A DNA stretch of 64,000 bases, taken from Pelagomonas calceolata. Its lineage: Eukaryota. This document shows positions 1 through 10,855 of the stretch, in pieces. The DNA lies in contig CAKKNE010000001.1 in the NCBI GenBank assembly GCA_918797485.1, forward strand, positions 4,898,001-4,962,000, read 5' to 3'. The translations under genes were made by a program, and so were the position numbers. Position 1 is the stretch's first letter. Each line of letters opens with the position of its first letter. A model generated the notes under the pieces. The model was given only the letters and a program-made list of their open reading frames with translations. It did not search any database and was not told the origin of the DNA.

Positions 1-2
1 TT

Positions 3-3000
3 CTCGATGGCGCGGACGTCAGGATCGCTGCTGAACTCGTAGGTCTGGGCCACCAAGTCCAAATCCTCGTCGTCGCCACCCTTCTCTACTGTTCTGGATG
101 AGGCGGGCGCTTTCGAATTGCGGCAGAACGCGAGGAACTCTTTGATCGACACGTTCCCGTTTCTGTCAGAGTCTAGATCTCTCTTTACTAAATCTTGCAC
201 GTCCCGCTTGTCTAACGAGTCGAAGATGCCGAGCTTGCTCAAGCCACCGAGTAATTCGTTGACCGAGAGTGAGCCGCTGTCGTCTTCGTCTAACGCTTCG
301 AAGACCGAGCGTAGCGACGTGCCCTTCTGCTCCGTCCTCAGGAGCAATGCGCGCAGCTTCTCCCGCACCAGATCGGGGGAGTCGCCCTTCTTGATGATAT
401 CTTTGCTATTCTTCGCCCGGTGGCTCTTGATGAAACTCCGTAATTCTCGCGCGTCGATGCCCCCGGAATCGTCCGCATCTAGGCTTCGTACTAACGCTCT
501 AGCGTGCTTCTTGTCCAAGGAATCAAACACCTCACCTAGACCGCGTAAGCCGCGATACAATTCGTCGCCCGTGACGCGGCCGTCGCCGTTCCTATCAAGT
601 CGCGCGATAAACCCATCGACGTCGCCGCCCTGGTCCTCGAAACTGATCAGTAAATCACCTAAATGGTCGGCGTCCTCGCTATCCACTTCCTGGGGTCCGT
701 CGCGCGCCTCCCGCGCCAGCCTCACGAACTTTCGTAACTCGACCAGGTCCAAATCTCCGGAATTATCCTTGTCCAGGGCCTTGACGACGCGGCGCGCGTC
801 GTCATCAGAGAAGTGCGCGAAGGTCTTGCCCAGTGATTTCAAGCCGCTCCGCAGCTGTCGCGCGTCGACCGCGCCGCTTCGATCAGTGTCCAGTTTCCTA
901 AAAGCCACGGCCAGGTCGGCGCCGTCGTCCTCGAACGCTAACAGTAAGTCGGCGAAGGCTCGTAGCGCCGGATCTCGTAGCGCCGGGTGCGCCATGATTG
1001 TTAATGGAGGTGTCGGCGGTGAAGCCGACGGTTCTCCCAGATCTTGGGCGATCTCGTCCGGGCTTCCGACGCCGCCCCTTTTCGCGAAGGCTGTTACTAC
1101 ACCAACAGACGGTCTACCTCCAAATCTCTCGAGGACCAATCGACGTTGTTCAGAAGACGTCCCCGTAGCACCTATCACATTCATCGCCTCCGACAGGCAG
1201 GCCTCGTCCACGCTCGATCCGCGCTTCTCCAGCGCCTCCTGGAAGGATGATCTTCCGCTCTTGGCACAGGCGGCTCTTAGCGAAGCGAGCACCGCACTCT
1301 CGGCCTCGCCGACCTTCCCACTACTACCCAACTGCCGCGTGAACTCTTCCAAGCTGATTTGATTGTCCCCATCGTCGTCGTACAACCGAGCCAAGCCGCC
1401 CGCGTCGGCGTTCGTGATGTCCTCCAGACCCGGTAATTCGCGCAAACCCGCGGCCAACTCATCGCGCGTAATCGCGCCATCTTCATCCTTGTCAAAGTGC
1501 TTGAACGCTTCGCTAGGTGCCAAATCCGACGAATGCACGATCTGCCTTAGTTTATTCTCGATACTAAACACGACGTCGCGGCCCATGAAACTTTGGAGTT
1601 CCCTCACACTTATCTTGTCATCACCATTTTTGTCGAACATCTGAATGAGGGCGTCGATTTCCTTACTGTCAGATCGAGAATCGCCCGTCATGTCCTTGAA
1701 CGTGCCCAAGGCCCTCAAACCTGCTTTGAGTTCCGTGTCCGTGATGAAGCCGTTGTCGTTCGAATCCCACTCTCGGAACGCCGCTTCGAGCGTCGTGCCC
1801 TTGCCCTCCGCCGCTAAGAGGATGGTTCGTAAGCGTCTAGCTAGCACAGCCACGTAGTTGCAGCCCGCAAACCTTAAGAATTCTGCTAAAGACAAATTGC
1901 CGCTGGCGTCGAGGTCGATCCTATTCAATAGTTTTTGCGCATCGGCATCTTGCACGCCCTTGAAGACTCCCAATGAATCCAATCCGGATCGTAGTTCGGA
2001 AGGCGAGATCATGCCGTCCCTGTTCGAATCCCATTCGCGGAACGCGGCGTCGAGCGGGACGCCGTGCTTCGCTTCTGCCGCTCGTAGGACCGCTTTCAAT
2101 CGAGCCGCAACGAACTCCCCATAGTCCCGCTTCGCGAAGGCGTAGAACTCCTTCACATCAATATCTCCGGACCCATCTTTGTCTATTTTTTTGAGCAAAG
2201 AGTCGACGTCCGTCTCGGCCATCTCCTTGAACACTCCCAGTCCCCGGAAACCGTTGAACAATTCCCTTCTGGACAAAGTGCCGCCGCGATCCTGGTCCCA
2301 CGCGGCAAAGGCGTCCGCGACGCGCACGCCTTTCTGTTCAATACCATCTAGTATACGTTTGAGTTTGAGCACGAGGTGGTCCGCATAGTCTCTCCCCATC
2401 AACGCGAACAACTCGTCCAATTCTAGGGTACCTGAGTTATCCCTATCTCGTAACTTAACGAAGGCCTCAACTTCTTTTCTCGACAGGTCCGCAAAGGTTC
2501 CTAGGCTCTTGAATGCTTTTATCAATTCATTGACCGTGAGTGTCCCACTCCCATCCTTGTCGAAGGACGTGAAGGCGTCGACCACCGACGCTCCTAGATC
2601 CTCGGCCTTGAGCAGGATGGACCTAATGCGAGCCTCCAAGGCCGCGCCCTCGACGGGGCCCATCGCCGAAGGTTCCCTTGTGCTAGTAGTAGTGTTCTGC
2701 TTCGATCGAATAAAGGCCAAGAACTCGTCCAATGAAATGACGCCGTCGCCGTTGCTGTCGAACTTCCGCAGCAACACGGACACGGCGCCACTGTTCTGGC
2801 CCCGGAAACACCCCAAGGCTCGCAGCGCGTCCTCGAGCTCCACCAAGCTGATGGTGCCGGACCTATCTCGATCGAAGTGCGCGAAGGATCTTTCTAGGGT
2901 CGTGCCCTTCCTCTCCGCCTTGGTCAAAACACGAACTAATTGCGCCTCGAGCGCTTTGAGATTGGGAGCTTCCAGCAGGGCCATCAACGGTCCGGCGTAC

Positions 3001-6000
3001 TTCACGCGCTTCGTGTCGTCGCGGAACCTTCTAACCATGGTCAGCACCTCGTCGTAGGTCACGGCGTTCTGGTCTGAACTGATCGATGGCGTCGCGTTGT
3101 TCGAGGCTTGCGTGAGCATGCCGCCGCGCTTCTCCCGGGCACCGAGCAAATGTCCTAATTCCGGCGAGGACTCCGCGAGAGGCCTCGCGCGGACGCGGTG
3201 GCCCGGTCTGCGCCTCCTTGACGAAGAATAACTGTTGCGTAGCGGGTCGTCCCTTTTCTCAGAAACTCCTTCATAGATCGTCTTCTTCAGGTCCGTAGAG
3301 GCACCCCTACGCCAATCCAACCAATCTCGAGAAGTGTTGGGCTCCTCGTTCTCCTTCGATTCCTCCCTATTGTTATGACTACTTTCTTCGCCGTAGTTGC
3401 AGCATACGACCTGGACGTGGCCCACCACAGAACCAGCGTTGCCCGCCGACGCCACCTGCACGTCACTACCAGAGGACGACGCACCGTACAACCCTTCGTC
3501 GACCAGGCCGTAAGGAGCCACAACAGAATACTCGGCGGCGACTTTGGCAACAGGGGCTCTTTGTCGTAGCAACCTATCTAACGGTATCGCCGACGTACCA
3601 ACATGTAGTCTTGAATCAGCATCCCACACATCAACGTGTAAGACTTTCGTCGCGAGGTACTCGGCGAAAAATCGCGCTTCGTTCGGCGCTCCGGTATTAC
3701 AGTCCACCGCGAACTTGAGGATGAGGGGAGGCTCGTCCGATCCCCTGCGTCCTGTCTCCCTCACTAGCAATCGTGACGCATCGTTGGGCGCTTCGACGCC
3801 TCTGTCGACCTTTGATTCTTCCGGGGCTCTCGAGGCTAGTCTCAATCGCTCTGTTCTTGTGGGAGGCAGCGTGTAGAACTGGAAGGTGAAGTAGACCGCT
3901 CTAGGTAACACCTGGGACGGCGTGTTCGCCCGAAAGGCGGCGAACTGCACCGTGATCTCGTGCAAGGCCAAAGGATCGGAGGCCTCGAGATCAAGATCGT
4001 ACTTGACCATCTCCGGGTTGCCCGGTTGTAAGGCTCTACTATCATCTAGTTGCACGGTCGGGTAGCCATGTCTAGCTAGACGAGACCGCTGGGCTCTCGA
4101 TAATGAATCACCTTGCGGCTTGGAGCCGCCGACGGCCGTCGTCACGGACGTCGGCGCCTGGGCGACGGGGTGGCCCTGGGCTTGGAACCCGTCGGCGCGG
4201 TGCAGAGGCGCGCCTAGCAGCGACGCGAGCATGCTCCCGGACGAGGGCGCGGCTTTCCGCCAGCCGTCCTCGTCTTTCCTCATTTCTATGCGAGGCACGT
4301 AGTCCTCGTCGTCCGACGAGTCCCTTCGGTACTTCTTCGTCTTCTTCTTGTGGCGGCGCTGGGGCCGGAGCTCGGATCGACGAGACGTGCCGGAGACGAC
4401 GCTTCTCGACAAAGTAGACGTGTCGTCCTCCTCGTCTTCCTCTGATGAGGACTCCCGTGCCTTCTTCGACTTGGACTTCTTCTTCTTCTTCTTCTTGGGC
4501 AGGGGCGCGATGGAGTCCTCTTCCTCCGATGATTGACCGTCGTCGCCCTCCTCGCCCAGGTCCTCGTCATCAACGACAGATTCCACATCTGAACTATCAT
4601 CAGAGGCTCGATCGGGCGTCTCGTCCTGCAATCTACGATCCTTGCCCTTCTTCGCGGCCGGCCCGTCGACCGCCGACAGACAAAACCGCACGACTTTCCC
4701 GGAAGCATACTGCTGGAGCGTCTGCGTATCGAAATCACCGGTGCCCGTCGCCGACATAGCCGACTGGCCCTCTCCAGTTGAGGACGGGGGAAACACGAAG
4801 CTTCTCGAAACTTCTCGACACGTATCGTCGGCGTTCAGGTCGATCTCGCAGTAGGACACGTTCTGCGCGTCTCGGCCCGTCGACAACCGTAAGCGCCGCC
4901 CGTCAAAGGGCACGTAGGCGCCCAATCCTAATGTAACCTTGAAGGTTTTCGGTGCCGCCGTTTTATTGGATAAAACAGCAACTTTCTGCGCGGGCTGGAT
5001 CTCGTACTCCAACGCGACGACCACGGCGTACAACGCGTGCTTCACGTAGCCATTCAGGATGATCTTGTCGTCGATCGCCGCCGACAGGTCGTCGCCGTTC
5101 GTGTCCAGGTCGACCCTTTCGAAGCCGTCGGCCCGCGTTCGTCTCCCAACGAGAGCGCGGCCGTTGTGCAGTCCGAGACACAACCGTCGCGCCACGATCT
5201 TCTCCGTGACCTCCTGACCTTCCGAGGGTTGCGACGGCCCGTGGAACGCGACGTATCTTTTCAGTCTTTGTTCGAGGCGCTTTCTGTCGGGCACGCGGAC
5301 CTGGAGACAATCCAGGTGCAAGGCGTGCTCCGTCGCTAATTTGGGCTTGGGCTGGGGCACGAGGTGCCACATCGAGGCATCACTCGTCCTTCCTCTCGAG
5401 TCGTCAATCTTGCGATAGCCCAGCATCGGTCGCTTACCTGACATGCTTCTACCGTCCGGCGGTAGCTGTAAAGATGAGCCACCGTGCGACGACCAGGGCG
5501 CCAAACCAGGCACTAAGTCGTCCGCCGCCACCACATCATCGTCGCCTAACAAATGCCACGCTCGTTGCAAGCCGTCGTGCCGTCTCGCGCGACACACCAA
5601 CGAGCAATTCTTGATCGTATCAGCACCGGCGGCCCTCGCTAGATCACCTTTGCCCTTCCCTTTCGGGTTTTGTCTACTAATATTCAGCTTGGCCGCCGCG
5701 ACGACCAACTTCCGCGGCGTCCCGTCATACAGCGGTCTTCTCTCATAACTCCCATCTTTCAGCACGTCGCCGTCCGGTTCCGCCGCCGCATCAATGGACA
5801 GAGGTGTATCTTCCCCGAACAGCCGCAAGTACGTCCAGCCGCACCCGTATTGCGCAACCGTCCGGCCATCCCTCTTCGCGCAAGCGACGACCTCAATGAC
5901 GGCGACGCAGGCCGGATCATCAACGCGAGAACACCAGTGGACCAGTTCCGACGATCGGATCGTACTGCCACGGGACGTGTCCACGGTCTGCGGCCGTCCG

Positions 6001-6308
6001 ATCCACGTGCCTCCGAAGAACCTTCTACTGGCACAATCGAAGAACGACAGTGATAAGGCGCACTCTAATGAAGCGCCGTCGGCCGCCAGGCGCTCCTTCA
6101 GCGCTCGAGGTGCCGACCAGCCCTCGATGCTCCTTAGACTGAGTGCGATCGGCGTCCGCTGCGTGGCCAAGCGAGGCCGCTCGGCCTGGGGCACGTCGTC
6201 GAAACCCAACAAGCGTCTTCTCCGTTGGAACGTCTGCCAGCGCCGGCATCGCCGTTCCGTCTTGATCTTGCGCTTTGTTAAAGGTGGGGCTTTGTCTTTG
6301 CGGCCCAT
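3..6308 (-). CDS. NPHP4: Nephrocystin-4-like ciliary transition-zone protein with an array of at least 18 EF-hands (3' end runs off the window)
   Basis: ATG at 6308 (MGRKDKAPPL...). The same frame is still coding at position 3, and the ORF track lists no closed ORF in it, implying no stop. NPHP4-type motifs: SLSFFDCASRRFFGGTW, EASDPLALHEITVQFAAF...VYFTFQFYTLPPTRTERLRL, FAEYLATKVLHVDVWDADSRLHVGTSAIPLDRLLRQ. DxDxxG EF loops lie between about 2890 and 140. Confidence 0.85.
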   Translation of the reverse strand, partial: MGRKDKAPPLTKRKIKTERRCRRWQTFQRRRRLLGFDDVPQAERPRLATQRTPIALSLRSIEGWSAPRALKERLAADGASLECALSLSFFDCASRRFFGGTWIGRPQTVDTSRGSTIRSSELVHWCSRVDDPACVAVIEVVACAKRDGRTVAQYGCGWTYLRLFGEDTPLSIDAAAEPDGDVLKDGSYERRPLYDGTPRKLVVAAAKLNISRQNPKGKGKGDLARAAGADTIKNCSLVCRARRHDGLQRAWHLLGDDDVVAADDLVPGLAPWSSHGGSSLQLPPDGRSMSGKRPMLGYRKIDDSRGRTSDASMWHLVPQPKPKLATEHALHLDCLQVRVPDRKRLEQRLKRYVAFHGPSQPSEGQEVTEKIVARRLCLGLHNGRALVGRRTRADGFERVDLDTNGDDLSAAIDDKIILNGYVKHALYAVVVALEYEIQPAQKVAVLSNKTAAPKTFKVTLGLGAYVPFDGRRLRLSTGRDAQNVSYCEIDLNADDTCREVSRSFVFPPSSTGEGQSAMSATGTGDFDTQTLQQYASGKVVRFCLSAVDGPAAKKGKDRRLQDETPDRASDDSSDVESVVDDEDLGEEGDDGQSSEEEDSIAPLPKKKKKKKSKSKKARESSSEEDEEDDTSTLSRSVVSGTSRRSELRPQRRHKKKTKKYRRDSSDDEDYVPRIEMRKDEDGWRKAAPSSGSMLASLLGAPLHRADGFQAQGHPVAQAPTSVTTAVGGSKPQGDSLSRAQRSRLARHGYPTVQLDDSRALQPGNPEMVKYDLDLEASDPLALHEITVQFAAFRANTPSQVLPRAVYFTFQFYTLPPTRTERLRLASRAPEESKVDRGVEAPNDASRLLVRETGRRGSDEPPLILKFAVDCNTGAPNEARFFAEYLATKVLHVDVWDADSRLHVGTSAIPLDRLLRQRAPVAKVAAEYSVVAPYGLVDEGLYGASSSGSDVQVASAGNAGSVVGHVQVVCCNYGEESSHNNREESKENEEPNTSRDWLDWRRGASTDLKKTIYEGVSEKRDDPLRNSYSSSRRRRPGHRVRARPLAESSPELGHLLGAREKRGGMLTQASNNATPSISSDQNAVTYDEVLTMVRRFRDDTKRVKYAGPLMALLEAPNLKALEAQLVRVLTKAERKGTTLERSFAHFDRDRSGTISLVELEDALRALGCFRGQNSGAVSVLLRKFDSNGDGVISLDEFLAFIRSKQNTTTSTREPSAMGPVEGAALEARIRSILLKAEDLGASVVDAFTSFDKDGSGTLTVNELIKAFKSLGTFADLSRKEVEAFVKLRDRDNSGTLELDELFALMGRDYADHLVLKLKRILDGIEQKGVRVADAFAAWDQDRGGTLSRRELFNGFRGLGVFKEMAETDVDSLLKKIDKDGSGDIDVKEFYAFAKRDYGEFVAARLKAVLRAAEAKHGVPLDAAFREWDSNRDGMISPSELRSGLDSLGVFKGVQDADAQKLLNRIDLDASGNLSLAEFLRFAGCNYVAVLARRLRTILLAAEGKGTTLEAAFREWDSNDNGFITDTELKAGLRALGTFKDMTGDSRSDSKEIDALIQMFDKNGDDKISVRELQSFMGRDVVFSIENKLRQIVHSSDLAPSEAFKHFDKDEDGAITRDELAAGLRELPGLEDITNADAGGLARLYDDDGDNQISLEEFTRQLGSSGKVGEAESAVLASLRAACAKSGRSSFQEALEKRGSSVDEACLSEAMNVIGATGTSSEQRRLVLERFGGRPSVGVVTAFAKRGGVGSPDEIAQDLGEPSASPPTPPLTIMAHPALRDPALRAFADLLLAFEDDGADLAVAFRKLDTDRSGAVDARQLRSGLKSLGKTFAHFSDDDARRVVKALDKDNSGDLDLVELRKFVRLAREARDGPQEVDSEDADHLGDLLISFEDQGGDVDGFIARLDRNGDGRVTGDELYRGLRGLGEVFDSLDKKHARALVRSLDADDSGGIDARELRSFIKSHRAKNSKDIIKKGDSPDLVREKLRALLLRTEQKGTSLRSVFEALDEDDSGSLSVNELLGGLSKLGIFDSLDKRDVQDLVKRDLDSDRNGNVSIKEFLAFCRNSKAPASSRTVEKGGDDEDLDLVAQTYEFSSDPDVRAIE

Positions 6309-6714
6309 CTTGCGCACGCGTTGCGGCTGCCCGCTTCTACACGCTGTGAGCTACGTAGACCGTAGCTGCGGTCGAGGCAGCGCTATCTATATTGAGGAGG
6401 TGGGAGCCGCCGTCGGAGCTGCCCGGTAAACCAGCCTAAAATTGCGGCGGTTTACCCCTGCCCCGAACGAAATTACGGTGCTGTTTCGTTGCCCTTGTGC
6501 GATCGAGGCCGGTCCCGCACGAGCTCGTGGGCGGGGAACGACGGATGCTTCCACGGGCCGACACTAGCCCGAGATAGAGATCATTTCCACAAACGCGAGA
6601 CGAGCTGCGCAGGGGCCGAATTTTGTACAAGGGCAGCCTCGCGGCCACCCCGAGCGCTCGTCTGCAGCAGCAGGAGCCGGCGCGGCCTCCCCAACCCCAG
6701 CTAGCAATCAGAAA

Positions 6715-8145
6715 ATGGCAGTGGTCGACGACTCCGACGCCGTGAGCCGCTTCGAGGCGGCCCTGGCGGCGCACCGCCGCCTCAACGCGCGGGAAGACGC
6801 CCTGGCCGACGCGCAGCGGGCGGCCCTGGAACGAGCCGAGTCCCACGACCTCGCGCCGCCGACGCCGCCCGTCCAGGCGAGCGAGCTCCAGGAGCTGCTG
6901 GACGAGTTCGAGGCGCACGCGCCCGCGGAGGAGACGAAGACCTCCGCGCCGCCGCCCAAAGTTGTGAAAGGTTCAGGCGGCGGCGTCTACGGGAGGGCCG
7001 CGCGGCGCAACGCCAACCAGGGCACGAGCAGGGACGAGTACGGCGACCCGGGCCCGGCGCTCGAGGCGCTCGGGGACGCGGCCGCGACGGCGGCGCGCGT
7101 GACGGGCGACGGCCTCGAGCTCGCGGCGAAGGGCGTCGCGGTCGCCGCCGGCGCGACGGTGGCCGTCGTCGTGGGGGCCGCCGCCGCGACGGGCGCCGCC
7201 GCGGTCGAGGGCGCCAAGGTAGCGGGGCCTGCTATAAGGGATGCGGCCAACGCCACGGCGGAGATCACGTCGGACGCCGTCGAGGCCGCGGGGCCTATTT
7301 TACAAGATGCCGCCGATGCAACCGTCGAGGCCGCGGGCCGCGCGGCCGACGTGGCCGGCCCCGTGATCCGGGATGCGGCCGACGCGACGGTCGAGTACGC
7401 CGGCAAGGCAGCGGACGCCGCCGGGCCCGTGCTCCGCGACGCGGCCGAGGCCACGAGCCAGGCGGCGAGCGCCGCCGTCGAGCAGATGCAGGAGATCGAC
7501 TGGGGCGACGTCGATCCCGGCTGCTCGTACAACTGCGGCATCCTCGAGGACACCGACCTCACGAGAATGGGGGAGATGTTGGGCGGCGCGGCCGCGCCCG
7601 CGCCCCCCGAAGCCGACGAGGCGCCGGCAGACGACGCGCCGGCGGACGACGCGCCAGCGGACGACGTGCCCAAGGGCCCGACGATCGACGACGTCGCGGC
7701 GCTCGTCCAGGCGTCCCTCGACGAAACGTCGGCCGCCGCGCTCCGCGTCACGGCCAAGGATGCGGCCTCGCCGACGACGACGTCGCCCGGCGACGACATC
7801 GCGTTCGACGGCGACGCCGACCCGGCGGACTTGCCAGAGAAGCCCAAGCCGAAGCGCCGCAAGTCGAAGAAGAAAAAGAAGGCTGATGGCGATGCGGCGA
7901 GCCCGAAGAGCCCGAAGCTCAAGCGGAAGGGCTCGCGCCGGAAAAAGAAGGCAGCTGAGGACGCCGCCGCGGCCGATGCGCGCGCGGCTGAGGCGGAGGC
8001 GCGCGTCGCGGAGCAGGTGGCCGAGCGCGAGGCGATGGCGTCGCGCATCGCGGAGCTCGAGAAGTCCGTCGAGGACCTCTCCGCGCCGGCGCCCGACCCG
8101 CCCGCGGCCGACGAGAAGCCGGTGTGCGGGTGCGTAATTGCTTGA
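6715..8145 (+). CDS. Ala-rich hypothetical protein with 22-aa amphipathic repeats, polybasic tract and C-terminal CaaX motif
   Basis: 476-aa ORF with coding-like codon use; four AGPxxxDAA.. 22-mers; KPKPKRRKSKKKKK tract; ends KPVCGCVIA. Confidence 0.7.
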   Translation: MAVVDDSDAVSRFEAALAAHRRLNAREDALADAQRAALERAESHDLAPPTPPVQASELQELLDEFEAHAPAEETKTSAPPPKVVKGSGGGVYGRAARRNANQGTSRDEYGDPGPALEALGDAAATAARVTGDGLELAAKGVAVAAGATVAVVVGAAAATGAAAVEGAKVAGPAIRDAANATAEITSDAVEAAGPILQDAADATVEAAGRAADVAGPVIRDAADATVEYAGKAADAAGPVLRDAAEATSQAASAAVEQMQEIDWGDVDPGCSYNCGILEDTDLTRMGEMLGGAAAPAPPEADEAPADDAPADDAPADDVPKGPTIDDVAALVQASLDETSAAALRVTAKDAASPTTTSPGDDIAFDGDADPADLPEKPKPKRRKSKKKKKADGDAASPKSPKLKRKGSRRKKKAAEDAAAADARAAEAEARVAEQVAEREAMASRIAELEKSVEDLSAPAPDPPAADEKPVCGCVIA

Positions 8146-8224
8146 GATACTACTACTACCTAGGAAGTTCTTACCAGGCGCACTCCCGGTGTCCGGCTCG
8201 GGTTACAGGCACCCTTAGAGCATC

Positions 8225-9163
8225 CTAGAAGGCGTCATCGCTCCAGACCTGGAGCGACTGCAGGGGCCAGTTGAGAAGGGTCTCCCGCGGGACTTCGCGT
8301 TGTTGATCCGGTTCTCCATGGCGAAATATGGTCACGGCCCCGTCTAGGAGCTCCTCCCACTGGTCCCAGAGCGTGTAATCGTCATTGTCTGCGAGTCCGA
8401 ACTGGATGTTGACGCCGCGGAGCCCCATAAGGGATCCGCACCTCGAGTCCCCGTAAGCCTCAACGTCCTCGAGATCGACCCCATAGGCTTCCAGCAAGTG
8501 CCGCAGCGGGGACCCGACCCGTATGCCGCGGCGGCCCACCGCGGGGCGCTCCGGATCGTAGAGGGTTCCCAAGGGGTTGTACACTACTAGACCCTTCAGA
8601 ATGCCCGCTTCGATCCATCTGTACTCCTCAGAGACTGGATCTTCGGCGTCGTCGTCCACGTCGTCGTCCACGTAGTCGTCGGGATGTACCCATACGTCCA
8701 CGTCCACCTCAAATGCACCGACAGGTATACCCTCGTCGTGGATGTAGTAGCGGAGCTCTAGCTCCTTCCCCCGGATATCAGGCACGGACAGCACGCCTTG
8801 GCCATCGGTTGCGTGAAAAATGTTTGTCGGTCTCACGCGGTGGTCGTAGCTCGAGAGAAACCGCCCGAGGTGGAGGCCCAGTGCGCCTGTGCCCGGTTCG
8901 CGCGACACGTCCACTCGCAACCGCCACGCCCGCTCGTATCGATCCCGCCACTTCGTCGTCTGAGCAGCTGTCTGAGCCGCTTCGCCGAACGTGTTCAGGA
9001 ACAACGGCTTCCAGTACAATACGTCGAGGTCCTTGTCGCGCCAGCGCCGCGAGCATTTCTGGACCATCATGTCCTGCGGCAGCATCTGTGACAAAACGAG
9101 GCTGAGCAGCTCCGGCGGCAGCTCGTCGAGCAGCCTCTTTTTGCGCATACTCCGAGTCCGCAT
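8225..9163 (-). CDS. F-box domain protein
   Basis: Likely start MRTRSMRKK at 9163; LLDELPPELLSLVLSQMLPQD...CSRRWR...LYWKPLF is a typical F-box. Confidence 0.7.
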   Translation of the reverse strand: MRTRSMRKKRLLDELPPELLSLVLSQMLPQDMMVQKCSRRWRDKDLDVLYWKPLFLNTFGEAAQTAAQTTKWRDRYERAWRLRVDVSREPGTGALGLHLGRFLSSYDHRVRPTNIFHATDGQGVLSVPDIRGKELELRYYIHDEGIPVGAFEVDVDVWVHPDDYVDDDVDDDAEDPVSEEYRWIEAGILKGLVVYNPLGTLYDPERPAVGRRGIRVGSPLRHLLEAYGVDLEDVEAYGDSRCGSLMGLRGVNIQFGLADNDDYTLWDQWEELLDGAVTIFRHGEPDQQREVPRETLLNWPLQSLQVWSDDAF

Positions 9164-9669
9164 TGTTAGTGTTGCTCTGGTATCTGCTCTGGTCTGAATT
9201 GCTGCTGCTTCACACGCTTGTGGCTTTCCGCGCGGGCGCGTCCGCGGCTGCGCAAGCACAAGAATATGTCCTTGAACGCGTGCGACGATCCGTGCGGCCA
9301 GCGGCGCCGCGCACACAGCGTTTGGGGCAGCTTTGCCAACAACTTTGCCAGGTTCTGCAATTTCCGACACCCGCCGCCGAACGCCCGAGCCGTAGCGACG
9401 CCCGAGAGACGTCCGCGAGCTCTCTATCGAGGCGTCCCTTTGGTTGACACCAGAACCCGACCCGGACGTCGTTTGTGTGTCGCAAAAGCAAGGTAGGAAT
9501 TGCTCCGAATACGCGCGCTTTCCGGCGAGCAAAGGTGTCGAGGCGTTACGTCTGCGACCATTTGGTAGTAGCGCACGCAAGGGCAGCGAGCACGTCAGGG
9601 CAGCATCCCAAGGCACAGCCCCTGCAGGAACTACAAGGGCAGCCGTCGCATCGGGCTGCCAAAGGAACC

Positions 9670-10824
9670 ATGATCACGGACATGGAATACCGCGCCCACG
9701 ACCACGAGCACGAGAGCTTCGGCGACCTGACAAAAACATCAGAAAAGCCGGGCAAGTTGTCAGCCGCGGCCGCGACGGCGCTCAAAAAAGACAAGGAGAA
9801 AGTAGAACACGCCCTCGCCAAGGCCGCCTACAACTTCATTGACCTGGTGAAGGTTGTGGGCTATTATGTGATCGGATGTTTGGTGCTGAAATACCTTCCC
9901 AAGGAAAACATGGGCCTCCGGGAATCGATCTATTTCCTCACGGTGACATTAACGACGATAGGCTACGGCGACGTCGTTCCCGAGTCCGACGGTGCGAAGA
10001 TTTTTATGATGTTTTGGATCGTGGTGGGGTTAGCTGCTGTTTTCCCTGTCATCATCAAGGCGGCGGACCACGTCGTGCGGCGGATGGAACGAATAGCCAT
10101 GCATCTGGTAGATAACGACCCCGATGATGATTATGACCCTTTATGGGTCAAGGGCGTTATAGCTATCATCATGATCGTGATCCCGTTGGCGGTCGGGAAT
10201 ATCTACTTCTTCACGCGAGAAAATAAGTGCGGGTGGAGCGAGCTCGACGCTTTATGGATGACCTTCGTGACGATGACTACGGTGGGCTACGGCGATTTGG
10301 CACTGTGCGACAAGGAGCAGGACCAGTTGTTTGTGACCGTGTTTGCGATTCTTTCCGTTGTTCTGGTGGCCGGCGCGATCGGCACGCTCGGCAATCTATA
10401 CGCGGAGAACGATAGGCAAAACAGGGAAGCCAAGATGCTGGCGTCCTTCGACATGGACATGATCAAGGCCCTGGACCAGGACGGCGACGGCGTCGACAAG
10501 AACGAATATGTGTTGGGGATGTTGAGTGCGCTGGGGCACTTGGACGGCGAGATCGTGGCGCGCTACGAGAAGCAGTTCAACTCGTACGATGTCGATGGGA
10601 GTGGTCGCCTGACGGAAGCCGACTTGGACGCGATCAACGAAGTCATCAAGCGGAAGCAAGAGGACCGCAACTCGCCTTCAAGAAGACGGTCGTCGTCGGC
10701 CGACTCGCCGATGACGGCCGAGGAGAAGACCGCGGAGCTGACGACGCCTGAGCGGCCGGCGCGGCGCGTGAATTTTGGGGCAGCGGACGCGAACGTGCTG
10801 TCGCCGCGGTACGCGGAGTGCTAA
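9670..10824 (+). CDS. Two-pore (TPK/KCO-like) potassium channel with C-terminal EF-hands
   Basis: Two selectivity filters TLTTIGYGD and TMTTVGYGD, four TM segments, EF-like loops DQDGDGVDKNE and DVDGSGRLTEADL; first ATG at 9670. Confidence 0.9.
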   Translation: MITDMEYRAHDHEHESFGDLTKTSEKPGKLSAAAATALKKDKEKVEHALAKAAYNFIDLVKVVGYYVIGCLVLKYLPKENMGLRESIYFLTVTLTTIGYGDVVPESDGAKIFMMFWIVVGLAAVFPVIIKAADHVVRRMERIAMHLVDNDPDDDYDPLWVKGVIAIIMIVIPLAVGNIYFFTRENKCGWSELDALWMTFVTMTTVGYGDLALCDKEQDQLFVTVFAILSVVLVAGAIGTLGNLYAENDRQNREAKMLASFDMDMIKALDQDGDGVDKNEYVLGMLSALGHLDGEIVARYEKQFNSYDVDGSGRLTEADLDAINEVIKRKQEDRNSPSRRRSSSADSPMTAEEKTAELTTPERPARRVNFGAADANVLSPRYAEC

Positions 10825-10855
10825 TACTGTTCTATAATCTACGTACGCGGGGCGC

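Noticed and set aside
118..6429. Many plus-strand ORFs (e.g. 118-1362, 2509-3057, 5794-6429)
   Set aside because: Ser/Arg-rich antisense shadows of the minus-strand NPHP4 frame.
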